From positions 53,929 through 117,928 of IMG/VR virus record IMGVR_UViG_3300032038_000025: DNA of 64,000 bases. One strand, written 5' to 3'. Positions 32,503 to 44,079 of this stretch are shown here, in pieces. Each line of letters begins with the position of its first letter. The stretch's first letter is position 1. The position numbers and the translations under genes are program-made. The DNA comes from a virus. Taxonomy: Duplodnaviria; Caudoviricetes. The notes below the pieces were generated by a model. That model was not told the origin of the DNA. It was given only the letters and a program-made list of their open reading frames with translations, and made no database searches.

Positions 32503-33405
32503 ATGAAATTTGAAAATACACATGTATATAATTTTGAAGGCGCATTTCGCGGCATGAGAAATCCTAAAGATAGTTGGAGCCAAAGTGATAGTTATTTTGG
32601 ACTAGTAGATTTAAATAATGATGTATATGAAGATTTTCAAGTTGCAGATGCTTGGATTAATAAATTTAATCCAGAACTAAATTGGCCTGAAGAATTTTCA
32701 GATGCAGGATGCGGATTAGAAGATAGATATGTCCAAAAACTTATTGACAATGGAATTTTAAAGAGTGACGATTGTTCTGATGTTGCAGATGTAGCCTTTA
32801 TTGGTCCGAAAGATATGCGACTGGCCCAAAATCTTATTAAAGCAGGTCCCGAACACCGCAAATTTCTTAGACAAATTTTTGTTTCTGTTGATATCACAGC
32901 GCCGCTTTATTGGTGGAAAGAACTAGACACTTATAAAATTGCTACCGTCGCCAATAGTACATCTACAATGCATACGTTAACAGATAAACCTATTACTCTT
33001 GAAAGTTTTGAAACAGATGATTTTGATCCTAATTTAGTATATTATTCATTATCTCCAATGGAAGGCGGACCCGCTGAAAATACAACAGGTATGTTTTCAG
33101 AACTTGTAATTGAACAACTTGAATTTCTTCGTCAGAAATATCTTGAAACAAAAGATAAGAAATATTGGAAAGAATTAATCAGATGGCTACCCAATGGTTG
33201 GCTTCAGACAAGAACATGGACTGCAAACTATGAAACCATTCGTGCTATTTGCTCTGCTGGTCAAAGACGCAATCATAAGTTGAATGAATGGGGCGGAAAA
33301 GATGATCCTTCAAAAATGAATTTCATTAAATGGGCAAGAACACTTCCTTATGCTCAATATTTAATCTTTGATGATGAAAATATTCCTTTTCAAATTGAAA
33401 AATAA
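32503..33405 (+). CDS. ThyX-like (flavin-dependent thymidylate synthase fold) protein
   Basis: EHRKFLRQI.V.VDITAPLYWWKELDTYK...NSTSTMH, LPNGW.QTR...NYE; the canonical RHRx7S motif is not present. Confidence 0.6.
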   Translation: MKFENTHVYNFEGAFRGMRNPKDSWSQSDSYFGLVDLNNDVYEDFQVADAWINKFNPELNWPEEFSDAGCGLEDRYVQKLIDNGILKSDDCSDVADVAFIGPKDMRLAQNLIKAGPEHRKFLRQIFVSVDITAPLYWWKELDTYKIATVANSTSTMHTLTDKPITLESFETDDFDPNLVYYSLSPMEGGPAENTTGMFSELVIEQLEFLRQKYLETKDKKYWKELIRWLPNGWLQTRTWTANYETIRAICSAGQRRNHKLNEWGGKDDPSKMNFIKWARTLPYAQYLIFDDENIPFQIEK

Positions 33406-33469
33406 AAAATAAAATGTTATAATATAATTATAAAATAAAAATTATATTATAAAAGAAAAGGAAAAACAA

Positions 33470-33844
33470 ATGACTAAAAAAGAAGCATTTATTCAAATTG
33501 TAGAAGAAATTTTTAGTAGACCAGATATTTATGTAGAAAATTATCCAGATACATATGATTTAGCAAAAGAATTTTTTAATGATTTAAAAAATAATAAAGT
33601 AAAAAATTCTGGTGCTATGACAGAAAATGGTAAAAAACTACTTTCTTGGATGCAGGAAAATGAAAATACAATGTCTAATGTTTTTACATCTAAGGAGGCG
33701 GCAGAGGCACTTTTTACTAGCGGCCGCTCAGTCGCGGGTTCAATGAGGAAACTTGTTGCTGATAAGTATGTAGAAAAAACAGGAAAAGATCCAGTTCAAT
33801 ATTCTTTAACAGAAGCTGGTAGAAATTATCAATTTGAAAATTAA
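33470..33844 (+). CDS. Winged-helix DNA-binding protein
   Basis: FTSKEAAEALFTSGRSVAGSMRKLV...YSLTEAG. Confidence 0.7.
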   Translation: MTKKEAFIQIVEEIFSRPDIYVENYPDTYDLAKEFFNDLKNNKVKNSGAMTENGKKLLSWMQENENTMSNVFTSKEAAEALFTSGRSVAGSMRKLVADKYVEKTGKDPVQYSLTEAGRNYQFEN

Positions 33845-33897
33845 AAAAATTTTTGATATAATATAAATATAAGTTGATTTAATAAGGAGAAAATTAA

Positions 33898-34866
33898 ATG
33901 AAGGCAAACGCAAGATTTATTAACACAGAAAAAATTGAAGGATACGTTTATAGTACAGGTAGTAATTTTAATCAGCTTTCTGAAAGAATTTCTGGAGAAA
34001 ATTCTAAAAATCCTGGTACAAAATATATCGCAGGAGATCTTGATATTGCAGTTGATGAAGCAGGTCTTAATGTTGTAACTATTCATTATACATATGTAAC
34101 AGAAACATATAAGAGTGGACAGACAAATAATACATATGTCGCACTTAAAAGAATTATTGATAATCCAGAGAGAGCTTGGATTAATGGCGGAAAAGATAAT
34201 GCATTTAAAGTTCTTTGCACAGGAACTTCTATTGCAGTAAATGATTTTATTGCAGCAGATGGTTCAAAAGTAGCCGCCATGAGAAATGAAAATGGTTTTT
34301 GTTCTATTGTAAATGAACTTGGACCAGAAGCAGAAAGAAATACTTTTTCTGCGGATATGCTTATTACCAAAGTAACACATATTGACGCCGATCCTGAAAA
34401 GAATATTCCCACAGACTATACAAATATTAGTGGAGCAATTTTTGGGTATGGACCGACTCTTCTTCCTGTTTCTTTTGTAGTTCGTAATGAAAAGGGAATG
34501 AATTATTTTGAAGGACTTGATGTAACTCCTTCTAACCCTATCTTTACAAAACTTTGGGGCCGCATTAATTGTATGACGATTAGAATTGAAAGAAAGGAAG
34601 AGTCAGCATTTGGAGAGGCGGCTGTTCAGACTTATGAAAGGAAAAGTCGTGAATATGTTGTAACAGGTGGAGCAAAAGTTCCTTATGATTTTGGCGATGA
34701 AGAAGTTCTTACAATTAGTGATGTAAATAAGATGACCCAGGATCGTCAGGTTATGCTTGCAGAAATTGAAAAGAGACACGCTGAACGACAGGCAACTAAG
34801 GCGGCGAGTGGCAATAATTTTAATGCTACCACACAGGCAGTTCCAGAGGGCGGATTTGTATTTTAA
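33898..34866 (+). CDS. Putative single-stranded DNA-binding protein
   Basis: Beta-rich 322-aa protein with an aromatic C-terminal tail, upstream of a Sak4-like ATPase. Function is inferred. Confidence 0.5.
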   Translation: MKANARFINTEKIEGYVYSTGSNFNQLSERISGENSKNPGTKYIAGDLDIAVDEAGLNVVTIHYTYVTETYKSGQTNNTYVALKRIIDNPERAWINGGKDNAFKVLCTGTSIAVNDFIAADGSKVAAMRNENGFCSIVNELGPEAERNTFSADMLITKVTHIDADPEKNIPTDYTNISGAIFGYGPTLLPVSFVVRNEKGMNYFEGLDVTPSNPIFTKLWGRINCMTIRIERKEESAFGEAAVQTYERKSREYVVTGGAKVPYDFGDEEVLTISDVNKMTQDRQVMLAEIEKRHAERQATKAASGNNFNATTQAVPEGGFVF

Positions 34867-34910
34867 TGAAAGGGGTTTTATAACCCCTTTCTTAAAGAAA
34901 GGATATAATT

Positions 34911-35948
34911 ATGGCAGATATTGATATTTTTAACATTCAACCACATCAAGTAAGCCGTAATTTAAGAGGATATTCAATCTTTTTTTACGGCTAGCCAAAG
35001 AGCGGAAAAACTACAACCGCCGCAAAGTTTGAAAAGAACCTTCTTTTAGCTTTTGAAAAAGGTTATAATGCCATTCCTGGAGTAATGGCACAACCTATTA
35101 ATAATTGGGCTGAATTTAGAAAAGTTCTTAGACAGTTAAAAGATCCAAAAGCAAAAGAAATGTTTTATACTATTACTATTGATACATGTGATATTGCTTA
35201 TGACTATTGTACAAAATATATCTGTGATAATGCACTTCGTCCAGATGGCGGTTATGGGGTAGATAGTATTAGTGATATTCCTTATGGCAAGGGTTATGGC
35301 CTTGTTTCAAAAGAATTTGATGAATGCCTGCGCTCAATTGTTATGATGGATTATGGTCTTATTCTTATTTCTCATGCAACAGATAAGGTCTTTAAAGATG
35401 AAGCGGGAAATGAATATAATAAAATTGTTCCAACACTTGACAAAAGAGCTAATAATATTGTAGCTAGAATGGCAGATATTATTGGATATTCTAGAATTGT
35501 CACAGATAAAGATGGAAATAATTTAACCAAACTCTTTATGCGCGGAACTCCTAGATATGAAGCTGGTAGTCGTTTTAAATACACTCCAGACTATATTGAT
35601 TTTTCTTATAATAATTTAGTTTCGGCTATTGGAGATGCGATTGACCAGCAGGCAAAAGAAGATGGAGATCAATTCTTTACCGATAAGAAAAATAATCTTT
35701 ATGAAGATACAACTAAAGACCTTAATTTTGATGAGCTTATGACAGGGTGCAATAATCTCATTAAGGAAATGATTGAAAATAATTCTGAAAATATTTTTAC
35801 TGATTTTTATCAGCCAAGAATTATTCAGATTACAGATCGTTATCTTGGTCGAGGCCAAAAAATGAGTCAGTGTTCAAGAGAACAAGTTGAAGCATTATCA
35901 TTAATTTATGATGATCTTCTACTTCTTTCAAAAGAAACTCCTAATTAA
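34911..35948 (+). CDS. Sak4-like AAA_24 ATPase/recombinase, 345 aa, 1 TAG inside Walker A
   Basis: FFYG*PKSGKTT (TAG 34992), ITIDT, LISH; in frame with track ORF 35085. Confidence 0.85.
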
Positions 35949-35958
35949 TTTTATAAAT

Positions 35959-36010
35959 AGACTTGTCAAAATTATTTTAATTTGACAAGTCTTCTTTTTT
36001 TTTGTATAAT
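35959..36010 (+). promoter_or_regulatory. Terminator hairpin whose 3' arm contains the -35 of a sigma-A promoter
   Basis: AGACTTGTCAAA...TTTGACAAGTCT; TTGACA 35982-17 bp-TATAAT 36005. Confidence 0.75.
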
Positions 36011-36036
36011 ATTATTATAAAAGGAGGTTTTTTATT

Positions 36037-36552
36037 GTGGCTCGTCATTATGTAAAATGTCTTTATTGTGGAAAACAATTTGATAGAGAGACTGAACCAA
36101 CAAAACAAGTTTCCGCACGTAGATATGCTCACATGAAATGCTGGGAAGATCATATCGCTAATATGACTCAAGAAGAAAGAGATATAGAGGCATTTTATGA
36201 TTATACCCGCAATCTATTTGGAGAAAATTATAATTATTTATTAACAAAAAAACTTGCTGAAAGATACGTTAAAGAAAATAATTATACTTATAGTGGAATG
36301 TTAAAAACTCTTAAATGGTACTATGAAAAAGAAGGTAATTCAATTGATAAAAGTCATGGTAGTATTGGAATTATTCCCTATATTTATAAACAGGCTTTAA
36401 ATTATTATTATGCATTATATCAAGCGCAACTTATTAATCAAGAAAAGGATATTTCAAATTTTATTTTGCCAAAAGAAAAAATAATTAATATCGAATCTCC
36501 ACGCGTATATGTGCGGCCGCCGCATATGTGGTTAGAAGAAGAGGGGGAATAA
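36037..36552 (+). CDS. Zn-ribbon protein upstream of the helicase (possible loader/initiator)
   Basis: GTG start with SD AGGAGG; C..C...H..C; IGIIPYIY. Confidence 0.6.
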   Translation: MARHYVKCLYCGKQFDRETEPTKQVSARRYAHMKCWEDHIANMTQEERDIEAFYDYTRNLFGENYNYLLTKKLAERYVKENNYTYSGMLKTLKWYYEKEGNSIDKSHGSIGIIPYIYKQALNYYYALYQAQLINQEKDISNFILPKEKIINIESPRVYVRPPHMWLEEEGE

Positions 36553-36555
36553 TTT

Positions 36556-38100
36556 ATGAGTTCAAAATATGTTGATACATCTGCAAATATGCAAGTTATT
36601 GGAGATGTTTTTATTAATCCTTCTCTTTTGGATTTAGAAGATAAATATAAATTTAATGAAGCTGATTTTCCTCAAGAATTTCATCGAATTTTATTTGGCT
36701 CAATTTATAATTTACATCAACTTGGAGCAAAACAGATTTCAATTGAAGATATTGAAAAATATTTAGAGCAACGACCAAAAAAATATGCTATTTATAAATT
36801 AAATAAAGGTTCTGAATATTTAGAAAATATTAGAGAAATGTGTCAATTGGCTGCTTTTGATTATTATTATAATCGAATGAAAAAAATGACACTTTTAAGA
36901 ATGTATAATAATAATGTTGGCATGGATTTGTCTTGGCTTTATGACCCAGATAATATATTAGATGTAAAGAAAAAAGAAGCTCAAGAAACTTGGTTTGATA
37001 ATACTCCAATTGATGAAATAGCCAATACTATTAATGACAAAATAGATGAAATAAAGGCTAAATATGTTGACAATTCAGAAGATGGAGTTATTCAGGCGGG
37101 AGATGGCGCATTAGCTCTTCTTGAAAGATTAAAAACCACTCCAGAAATTGGTTATCCTTTATATGGTCGATTAGTTAATGCTATTCATAGAGGAGCAAGA
37201 TTAAAAAAGTTTTATTTGCGGTCGGCGGCTACTGGCGTCGGAAAAACCCGTTCTATGATTGCAGATGCCTGTAATATAGCTTGTAATAAAATTTATAATC
37301 TTGAAACAAAACAATGGGAAAATAATGGAACTCGTGAACCAACTCAGTTTATTACAACAGAACAAGAAGAAGATGAAATTCAAACAATGATGATTGCTTT
37401 TTTGTCTGGCGTAAATGAAGATCATATTCTTGAAAATGAATATGTTGGTGATGAGTGGGAGCGAGTAATCGAGGCCGCCGCAATTCTTTCAAAAAGTCCA
37501 TTGTATATTAAAAAACTTCCAGATTTTTCATTGCAAGATATTGAAAATACAATTAAATTTGGAATTCGTCAATATAATGTAAGATATGTATTTATGGATT
37601 ATATTCATTCAAGTATGAAAATATTAAGTGAAATTAGTTCAAAAGCTGGAGTAAAAGGATTACGAGAAGATAATATTCTTTTTATGATTAGTGTTCGATT
37701 AAAAGATTTATGTAATCAGTACGGCGTATTTATTATGTCAGCAACTCAGCTTAATGCAGATTATGTTTCTGCACAGCAATATGACCAGAATCTTCTTCGT
37801 GGTGCAAAAGCAATTGCTGACAAAATTGACTGTGGTATGATTATGTTACAAACCAGTCAAGATGATAGAGAATCATTAAAAAATATTGTTAATTCTATGG
37901 GTATTGAAATGCCTGATATAAAAATTTCTGTTTATAAAAATAGGCGCGGCCGCTATAAAGATGTTCTTCTTTGGTGTAAATCTGATAGAGGAATATGTCG
38001 TATTGATCCTATATTTATAACTAATTATAATTATGAATTAATGGATATTGAAGATTTAAAAATTAAAGTTACACCTAAAATTGAAGCAAGTGCGTTTTAA
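36556..38100 (+). CDS. DnaB-like replicative helicase
   Basis: SAATGVGKT, MDYIH, SATQLN, KNRRG. Confidence 0.85.
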   Translation: MSSKYVDTSANMQVIGDVFINPSLLDLEDKYKFNEADFPQEFHRILFGSIYNLHQLGAKQISIEDIEKYLEQRPKKYAIYKLNKGSEYLENIREMCQLAAFDYYYNRMKKMTLLRMYNNNVGMDLSWLYDPDNILDVKKKEAQETWFDNTPIDEIANTINDKIDEIKAKYVDNSEDGVIQAGDGALALLERLKTTPEIGYPLYGRLVNAIHRGARLKKFYLRSAATGVGKTRSMIADACNIACNKIYNLETKQWENNGTREPTQFITTEQEEDEIQTMMIAFLSGVNEDHILENEYVGDEWERVIEAAAILSKSPLYIKKLPDFSLQDIENTIKFGIRQYNVRYVFMDYIHSSMKILSEISSKAGVKGLREDNILFMISVRLKDLCNQYGVFIMSATQLNADYVSAQQYDQNLLRGAKAIADKIDCGMIMLQTSQDDRESLKNIVNSMGIEMPDIKISVYKNRRGRYKDVLLWCKSDRGICRIDPIFITNYNYELMDIEDLKIKVTPKIEASAF

Positions 38101-38109
38101 GGAGAAAAA

Positions 38110-38277
38110 ATGACAGAAGATAATATTATTTGGTCACTTGAACGATGTTGTTGTGGAGGCCCAGATGCTTGTAGCGATTGTAATTATGACAATTATCCTC
38201 CAAGAATATGTGTTCAACATTTAACTGCTGACGCATTAGAGTTAATAAAAAAATATAAGGAGGAAATAAATAAATGA
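38110..38277 (+). CDS. Small Cys-rich protein, 55 aa
   Basis: SD AAGGAG; LERCC...C..C.Y...C...DALELI. Confidence 0.6.
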   Translation: MTEDNIIWSLERCCCGGPDACSDCNYDNYPPRICVQHLTADALELIKKYKEEINK

Positions 38278-38690
38278 TTATTTGTGGTTTTCCTGGGGTT
38301 GGAAAATCTATCTTAGCAAAATTTTCTAATTGGGTAGATTTAGAAAGTACCCCATTTGAAAAAGATTGGGTTCGTTATGCAAAAGTAGCAAAACACATGA
38401 GTGATAATGGATATAATGTTATGGTGTCTACTCATCCTTAGTTATTAGAACAATTTGAACAAATGGAAGTAAGATATACTGTTGTAGTGCCTCCTTTTTC
38501 TGATGTTTCTATCTATAAAAATAGATATATCAAAAGAGGAAATAATATTGATTTTACTGCCTTAATTGAAATAAATTGGGATAAATGGATTGGAGATATT
38601 ATAACAAAATCTTCAGTTAATAAAACTGTTGTAATATTACCAAAAGATGGTTGTTTACAAGGTTATATTGAAGAATATGAAAATATATAA
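38274..38690 (+). CDS. P-loop kinase-like protein, 138 aa, 1 TAG
   Basis: IICGFPGVGKS, VDLES, VSTHP*LL; in frame with track ORF 38463. Confidence 0.75.
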
Positions 38691-38702
38691 ATTGAGATAA
38701 TT

Positions 38703-39137
38703 ATGAATAAAGAAAAAGTTATATATTGTACTATATGCGGTAAAAAAATTAATCCTGGTGATGCATATAGTTTTAAAAATGGTTAGATAGATAACCAGCA
38801 TAAAGAATGTAGAATAATGGGATGCTATGATGACAAACCATGGACATTTTTTCCAATTATGCAACTTTTTAATATTCCTTATATTGAAAATCAATGGTTC
38901 AAGCGCATGAAATCTCAAATAAAAATTACAATTAATACTCATCAATACAAAAGTATATTTGGAAAATATCTTTCTACAATGAAATTAGCAGGTTATCGAA
39001 ATTTTGAATTTCAAGATAGTCCTTTATTAAATATGCCAAATGATCTGATAAAAGATAAACCAATAAGGGATTTTTTATTAGATTCTGATATTCCTCAAGA
39101 ATACTTTCAAATAATTGAATTTAAAGAAAATGTATAA
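38703..39137 (+). CDS. Zn-ribbon hypothetical protein, 1 TAG
   Basis: YCTICGK...NG*ID...IPYIE...SIFGKYLS; in frame with track ORF 38817. Confidence 0.6.
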
Positions 39138-40236
39138 ATATGATAAAGAAGAATTAAAAAAGGAATTAACTTTAGAGCAAATCTATGATTTATTAACAGA
39201 GTTAGGAGCAGAGCCAATTCTTAAAGATAATTGTATTATTTGCAAAACAATATGCCACAATAGTGATTTAGCTAATGCAAGTCATAAACTTTACTACTAT
39301 TCAAATACCCGATTATTTCATTGTTATACAGGATGTGGTGATGCTTCATTTGATATATATGACTTAGTATTAAGAGTAAATAAAACGGCGGGAATCCAAA
39401 ATTTTTCTTTACCTCGTGCTATTGCATTTGTAGCTCGATATTTTGGATATACGGCAGATACTTTTAATTTTGAAGATAATCAAGAAGCAAGTGAAGATTG
39501 GAAAATAATTAATAATTATAAAAGAAATAAAGAAAAAAATCAACCACAAATTGTAGAATTAAAAACTTATGATAATAAAGTATTAAGATATTTACCTCGA
39601 CCGCATATTATTCCTTGGGAAGAAGAAGGTATTTCTTTTGACATTATTGAATCAAGAGGAATTTGTTATGATCCAATAAATGAAGGAATTGTAATTCCTC
39701 ATTATGATATAAATGGAAATTTAATTGGGATTAGAGAAAGAACAATTATAAAAGAAAATGAAGTATATGGTAAATATCGGCCTGCAATTATTAATGGAAA
39801 AATGTATAACCATCCGCTTGGTTTTTCACTTTATAATCTTAACAATAGTAAAAATGCCATTTCTCAATTTAAAAAGGCTATTGTATTTGAAGGCGAAAAA
39901 AGTACATTATTATATGCATCTTACTTTGGAGAAGAGTCAGATATTAGTGTAGCATGTTGCGGCAGTAATTTAATTAATTATCAAGTAAAACTACTTTTAT
40001 CTCTTGGAGTAAAAGAAATTATTATAGCTTTTGATAAACAGTTTCAAAAAATTGGAGATAATGAATGGCAAAAATGGGTTACTAAATTAAAAACGCTATA
40101 TAATAAATATAGTAGTTATGTAAACATTTCTTATCTTTTTGATAAAGAGAATATTTTAGGATATAAAGATTCGCCTATTGATTGCGGAAAAGATAAATTT
40201 ATTCAATTGTTTAAAAATAGAATAATATTAGAATAA
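39130..40236 (+). CDS. DNA primase (Zn-binding + TOPRIM)
   Basis: TICHN...FHCYTGC, IPHYD..GNLIGIR.R, VFEGEKS, IIAFD. Confidence 0.85.
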   Translation: MYKYDKEELKKELTLEQIYDLLTELGAEPILKDNCIICKTICHNSDLANASHKLYYYSNTRLFHCYTGCGDASFDIYDLVLRVNKTAGIQNFSLPRAIAFVARYFGYTADTFNFEDNQEASEDWKIINNYKRNKEKNQPQIVELKTYDNKVLRYLPRPHIIPWEEEGISFDIIESRGICYDPINEGIVIPHYDINGNLIGIRERTIIKENEVYGKYRPAIINGKMYNHPLGFSLYNLNNSKNAISQFKKAIVFEGEKSTLLYASYFGEESDISVACCGSNLINYQVKLLLSLGVKEIIIAFDKQFQKIGDNEWQKWVTKLKTLYNKYSSYVNISYLFDKENILGYKDSPIDCGKDKFIQLFKNRIILE

Positions 40237-40315
40237 AGAAAGAATTGACTTGACAATTCTTTCTTTTTTTATTATAATATAAATAGAAAATTATTATAAT
40301 AAAGGAGTTTAATTA

Positions 40316-40576
40316 ATGAATGTAATAAAAATAGATATGATTAAAATTAAATAGGCTATACAAGAATATATTTATTTTCACACAGAATGGATGCAAGTTG
40401 ATACCATAATAAATTATGAACGTCCTATTGTTTTTATGAATGAAGATACTTTTTTACAAATCAAAAAAGAACAATCATTTTTACAAGATTGCTGTCTAAA
40501 GCCTGAGAAAAAAATTTTTGGATGTCATATTGCAATCGCGGATTGGCTTCCTTTTGGAGAGGTTCAATTGAAATGA
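40316..40576 (+). CDS. Hypothetical protein, 1 TAG
   Basis: Promoter 40250-40278 and SD AAGGAG; in frame with track ORF 40391. Confidence 0.6.
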
Positions 40577-42351
40577 AATATGAATTAATAAATCAACCAA
40601 ATAAAAATTTTTCAGCAATTCAACAAATTTTATATAATAGAGGAATGACAGAAAATGAAATTTTACATTATGTAAATTTATCTGATTAGGATATAAATTC
40701 ACCTTTATCATTAGGGGAAGAAAATTTAAAAGATGGTTTAAAATTACTTTTAAATGCAATTTCAAAAGAAAGAAATGCAATAATTATTGTAGACTGCGAC
40801 TGTGATGGTTATACATCTGCCGCACTTCTGATTAATTATTTATATAAATTATTTCCCGCTTGGGTAAATAATCATTTAGATTGGATTATGCATGATAGTA
40901 AGCAACATGGTTTATCTGATTGTATAAATAAAATTTCAAATTATTATTCCCTAGTTATTTGTCCAGATTCAAGCAGCAATGATTATAAATATCATTAGGA
41001 TTTATTTCATAAAGGAATTGGAGTTTTAGTACTAGATCATCACTTAGCAGATAATATTAGTCAATATGCAGTAATTATTAATAATCAATTATCTACTTAT
41101 CCTAATAAAGAATTATCTGGTGTTGGAATTGTTTGGCAATTTTGTAGATATTTAGATTCTATATTAGAAGTAAATTATGCAGACGAGTTTCTTGATCTAG
41201 TTGCGCTTGGAAACTGCGGAGATATGATGTCTTTACGCTCATTTGAAACTCGTTACCTTATTACAAAAGGATTTAAAAAATAGAATATAAAAAATCCATT
41301 TATTGATTATATGCTTGATAAAAACTCTTTTCCGCTATCAAAGGCTGATTATGTATCATCTAACTCCGATATGGCTTGCACATCTATGGGCGCCGCATTT
41401 TTTATTGTACCCTTTGTTAATGCAGTTACGCGTAGCGGAACAATAGAATAGAAAAATTTATTATTTAATTCTATGTTAAATCATCAGGCATTTCAAGAAG
41501 TTCTTTCAACGAAACGAGGACATAAATTAGGAGAGAAAGAAAAATTAATTTTACAAGCAGTTAGAACAGTCACAAACGTTAAAAATAGACAAACAAGAGC
41601 AGAAGAAGCTGGCTTGGCCATGTTAGAAAAAATGATTGAAGTTAATCATATGCTCGATCATAAAATTCTTTTATTTTTACTAGAGCCAGGCCAAATTGAT
41701 TCCGAAATTCGCGGTTTAATTGCAAATAAATTTATGGCAAAATATCAAAGACCATGTTGTTTGTTAACACGAACTAGCAGAAATGGAAAAGAGTCTTATG
41801 AAGGCTCAATGCGAGGCTACACCAAGACAGGTATTGATAATTTTAAGGAAGTTCTTGAACAATGCCCAGAAGTTATTTATGTGCAAGGACATTAGAATGC
41901 AGCTGGTCTAAGTATTCAAGGAGATCAAACTAATAATTTTCTTTATCATATTGATCAACTTTTAGAAGATGTCTCTACTGAACCTGTTTATAGAATAGAT
42001 TATGATTTTAAAGAAACAGATAATAATAATCAATATATTTTAGAAATTGCAAATATGAATGATTATTGGGGACAAGATATTGATCGAGCTTATGTAAATA
42101 TTAATTTTAAAATTACAAGTTCTAATTTTCAAATTATGAAAAGTAATACTTTAAAATTTAATCTCCCAAATGGATTATCTGTTATCAAATTTAATGGAAC
42201 TGATGAAGAAATTGCTTAGTTTACAACTACAGGATATTTAGAATTAAATGCAATTTGTAAATGTAATGCTAATGAATGGAATGGACGCGTTTATCCACAG
42301 CTTATCATATAGGATTATGAAATTATAGATTCATCTAAATATTTCTTTTAA
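40573..42351 (+). CDS. recJ: RecJ-like DHH ssDNA exonuclease, 592 aa, 7 TAG
   Basis: VDCDCDG, VLDHH, LSGVG, DLVALG..GD, GSMRG, QGH*NAAG, NEWNG...PQLII*DY; TAG at 40687, 40996, 41281, 41449, 41893, 42217, 42310. Confidence 0.9.
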
Positions 42352-42486
42352 CAGCTCGGCGCGCAGACACTCGCTCACTTGAAATGAAAAATGCGTTTGG
42401 AATTTTTTCAATCGCATTTTTCTTTTTTGATTTTTTTATAAAATTTTGTTATAATATATATATAAAAATAATAGAGGTGTATTATA

Positions 42487-42741
42487 ATGAAAATAGATAT
42501 GTCAGATGGAAGTTTAAAAATTGATACAATAGATGAAAAGAAATTAAAAGGTTATCAGTATGATTCTTTAATATATAGATATATTCGAGCTAGAGAACAA
42601 ATGGCAGAATATGAATATTTAAGAGATAAACAGAGTAATGTCTCCAATCATACTGAATGGACTGTATATCGACAAAGAGCAAATAGAGATATAATGCGTT
42701 TTGTTCAAATTTTAGATGAGGTGATTGGAGAGCATGAATAA
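42487..42741 (+). CDS. Hypothetical protein
   Basis: Follows promoter 42427-42455. Confidence 0.65.
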   Translation: MKIDMSDGSLKIDTIDEKKLKGYQYDSLIYRYIRAREQMAEYEYLRDKQSNVSNHTEWTVYRQRANRDIMRFVQILDEVIGEHE

Positions 42742-42908
42742 TGATATGTGAAAAATGTGAATTTTTTAAAGATATTTTTGGAAATTATGTTCAATGTTGT
42801 AAAACTGGGGGGCTCCTCAATTACGAATATTGGCATAATAAAGATCCTCATGATTGTCCTATAAAATCTAAAGAAAAGGAGGAAGTAGAACCTAATGTTT
42901 TTAACTAA
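42741..42908 (+). CDS. Small Cys-rich protein, 55 aa
   Basis: TAATG coupling; MICEKCEF...CC...DCP. Confidence 0.55.
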   Translation: MICEKCEFFKDIFGNYVQCCKTGGLLNYEYWHNKDPHDCPIKSKEKEEVEPNVFN

Positions 42909-44076
42909 AAAACAAGAAGAAGGGCTTCTTATTTCAATAGAACGCTATAGGTCAAAATGCAAATATACAGTAATTAGCGGCTATGCAGGTAGTGGAAAAA
43001 GTACTCTAGTTCGTTTTATTATAGAAGCATTAGATATTGACGAAGATGATGTATGTTATTGTGCTTTCACAGGCAAGGCTGTAGAAGTTCTTCGTAAAAA
43101 AGGAAATAAAAATGCTTGCACCTTACACAAACTCTTATATGAATCAATTCCAAAACCAGATGGTGGGTTTTTTAGAAAGCCAAAACCCTTTTTAGGTTAT
43201 AAAATTATTGTAGTTGATGAAGTTAGTATGGCACCAAAAACATTAATAGATTTATTATTTACTCACAGTGTATATGTAATTTGCCTTGGAGACCCTGGGC
43301 AGCTTCCGCCAATAGAGAAAGATGATGATAATCATTTATTAGACCATCCACATATTTTTCTTGATGAAATTATGCGGCAAGCGCAGGAATCTGAAATTAT
43401 TCAGCTTACTATGAAAATAAGAAATGGCGAACCTATTAATTATTATGATGGAAAAGAAGTAAAAATTATTCCTTATTCTCAGCTTAACACAGGCGTTCTT
43501 CAATGGGGAGATCAAATACTAACTGCTACAAATGCTAAACGTCAATCAATTAATGATCAGATGAGACAATTATTAGAGTATCCTAATCATCCTGTTGATG
43601 GAGACAAAATGATTTGTTTAAGAAATTATTGGGAAGATTTTAGTGTAGAAGGCGATCCGCTCATTAATGGGACTATTGGCACTCTTAAAAATAGTTTTCA
43701 AACATGGAGAGAAATTCCTAGATTTGTAAAAAGTAATATAAAAAGATTTGATGTATTAACAGGCGATTTAATAATTCCAGATACTAATGATATGTATGAT
43801 TTAGTTGATATGGATTATAAGATGATCATGACTGGCGAAAAATGTTGTGATTGGAGATTATCTTATAGATTAGGAAAATTACGTCCAAAATATGGAGATA
43901 TTGTTCCAAAAGAATTTACTTATGCATATGCAGTTACCACGCACAAGGCACAAGGAAGTGAATGGGATAAAGTTGTAGTATTAGAAGAAAAGTTCCCTTT
44001 TGATAAAATAGAACACGCTCGATGGTTATATACAGCTTGTACAAGAGCTAGTGAGAAATTGGTATTAGTGAGGTAA
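42895..44076 (+). CDS. SF1B helicase (RecD/Dda-like)
   Basis: GYAGSGKS, VVDEVSM, GDPGQLPP, YAVTTHKAQGSE, YTACTRA. Confidence 0.9.
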   Translation: MFLTKKQEEGLLISIERYRSKCKYTVISGYAGSGKSTLVRFIIEALDIDEDDVCYCAFTGKAVEVLRKKGNKNACTLHKLLYESIPKPDGGFFRKPKPFLGYKIIVVDEVSMAPKTLIDLLFTHSVYVICLGDPGQLPPIEKDDDNHLLDHPHIFLDEIMRQAQESEIIQLTMKIRNGEPINYYDGKEVKIIPYSQLNTGVLQWGDQILTATNAKRQSINDQMRQLLEYPNHPVDGDKMICLRNYWEDFSVEGDPLINGTIGTLKNSFQTWREIPRFVKSNIKRFDVLTGDLIIPDTNDMYDLVDMDYKMIMTGEKCCDWRLSYRLGKLRPKYGDIVPKEFTYAYAVTTHKAQGSEWDKVVVLEEKFPFDKIEHARWLYTACTRASEKLVLVR

Positions 44077-44079
44077 AAA

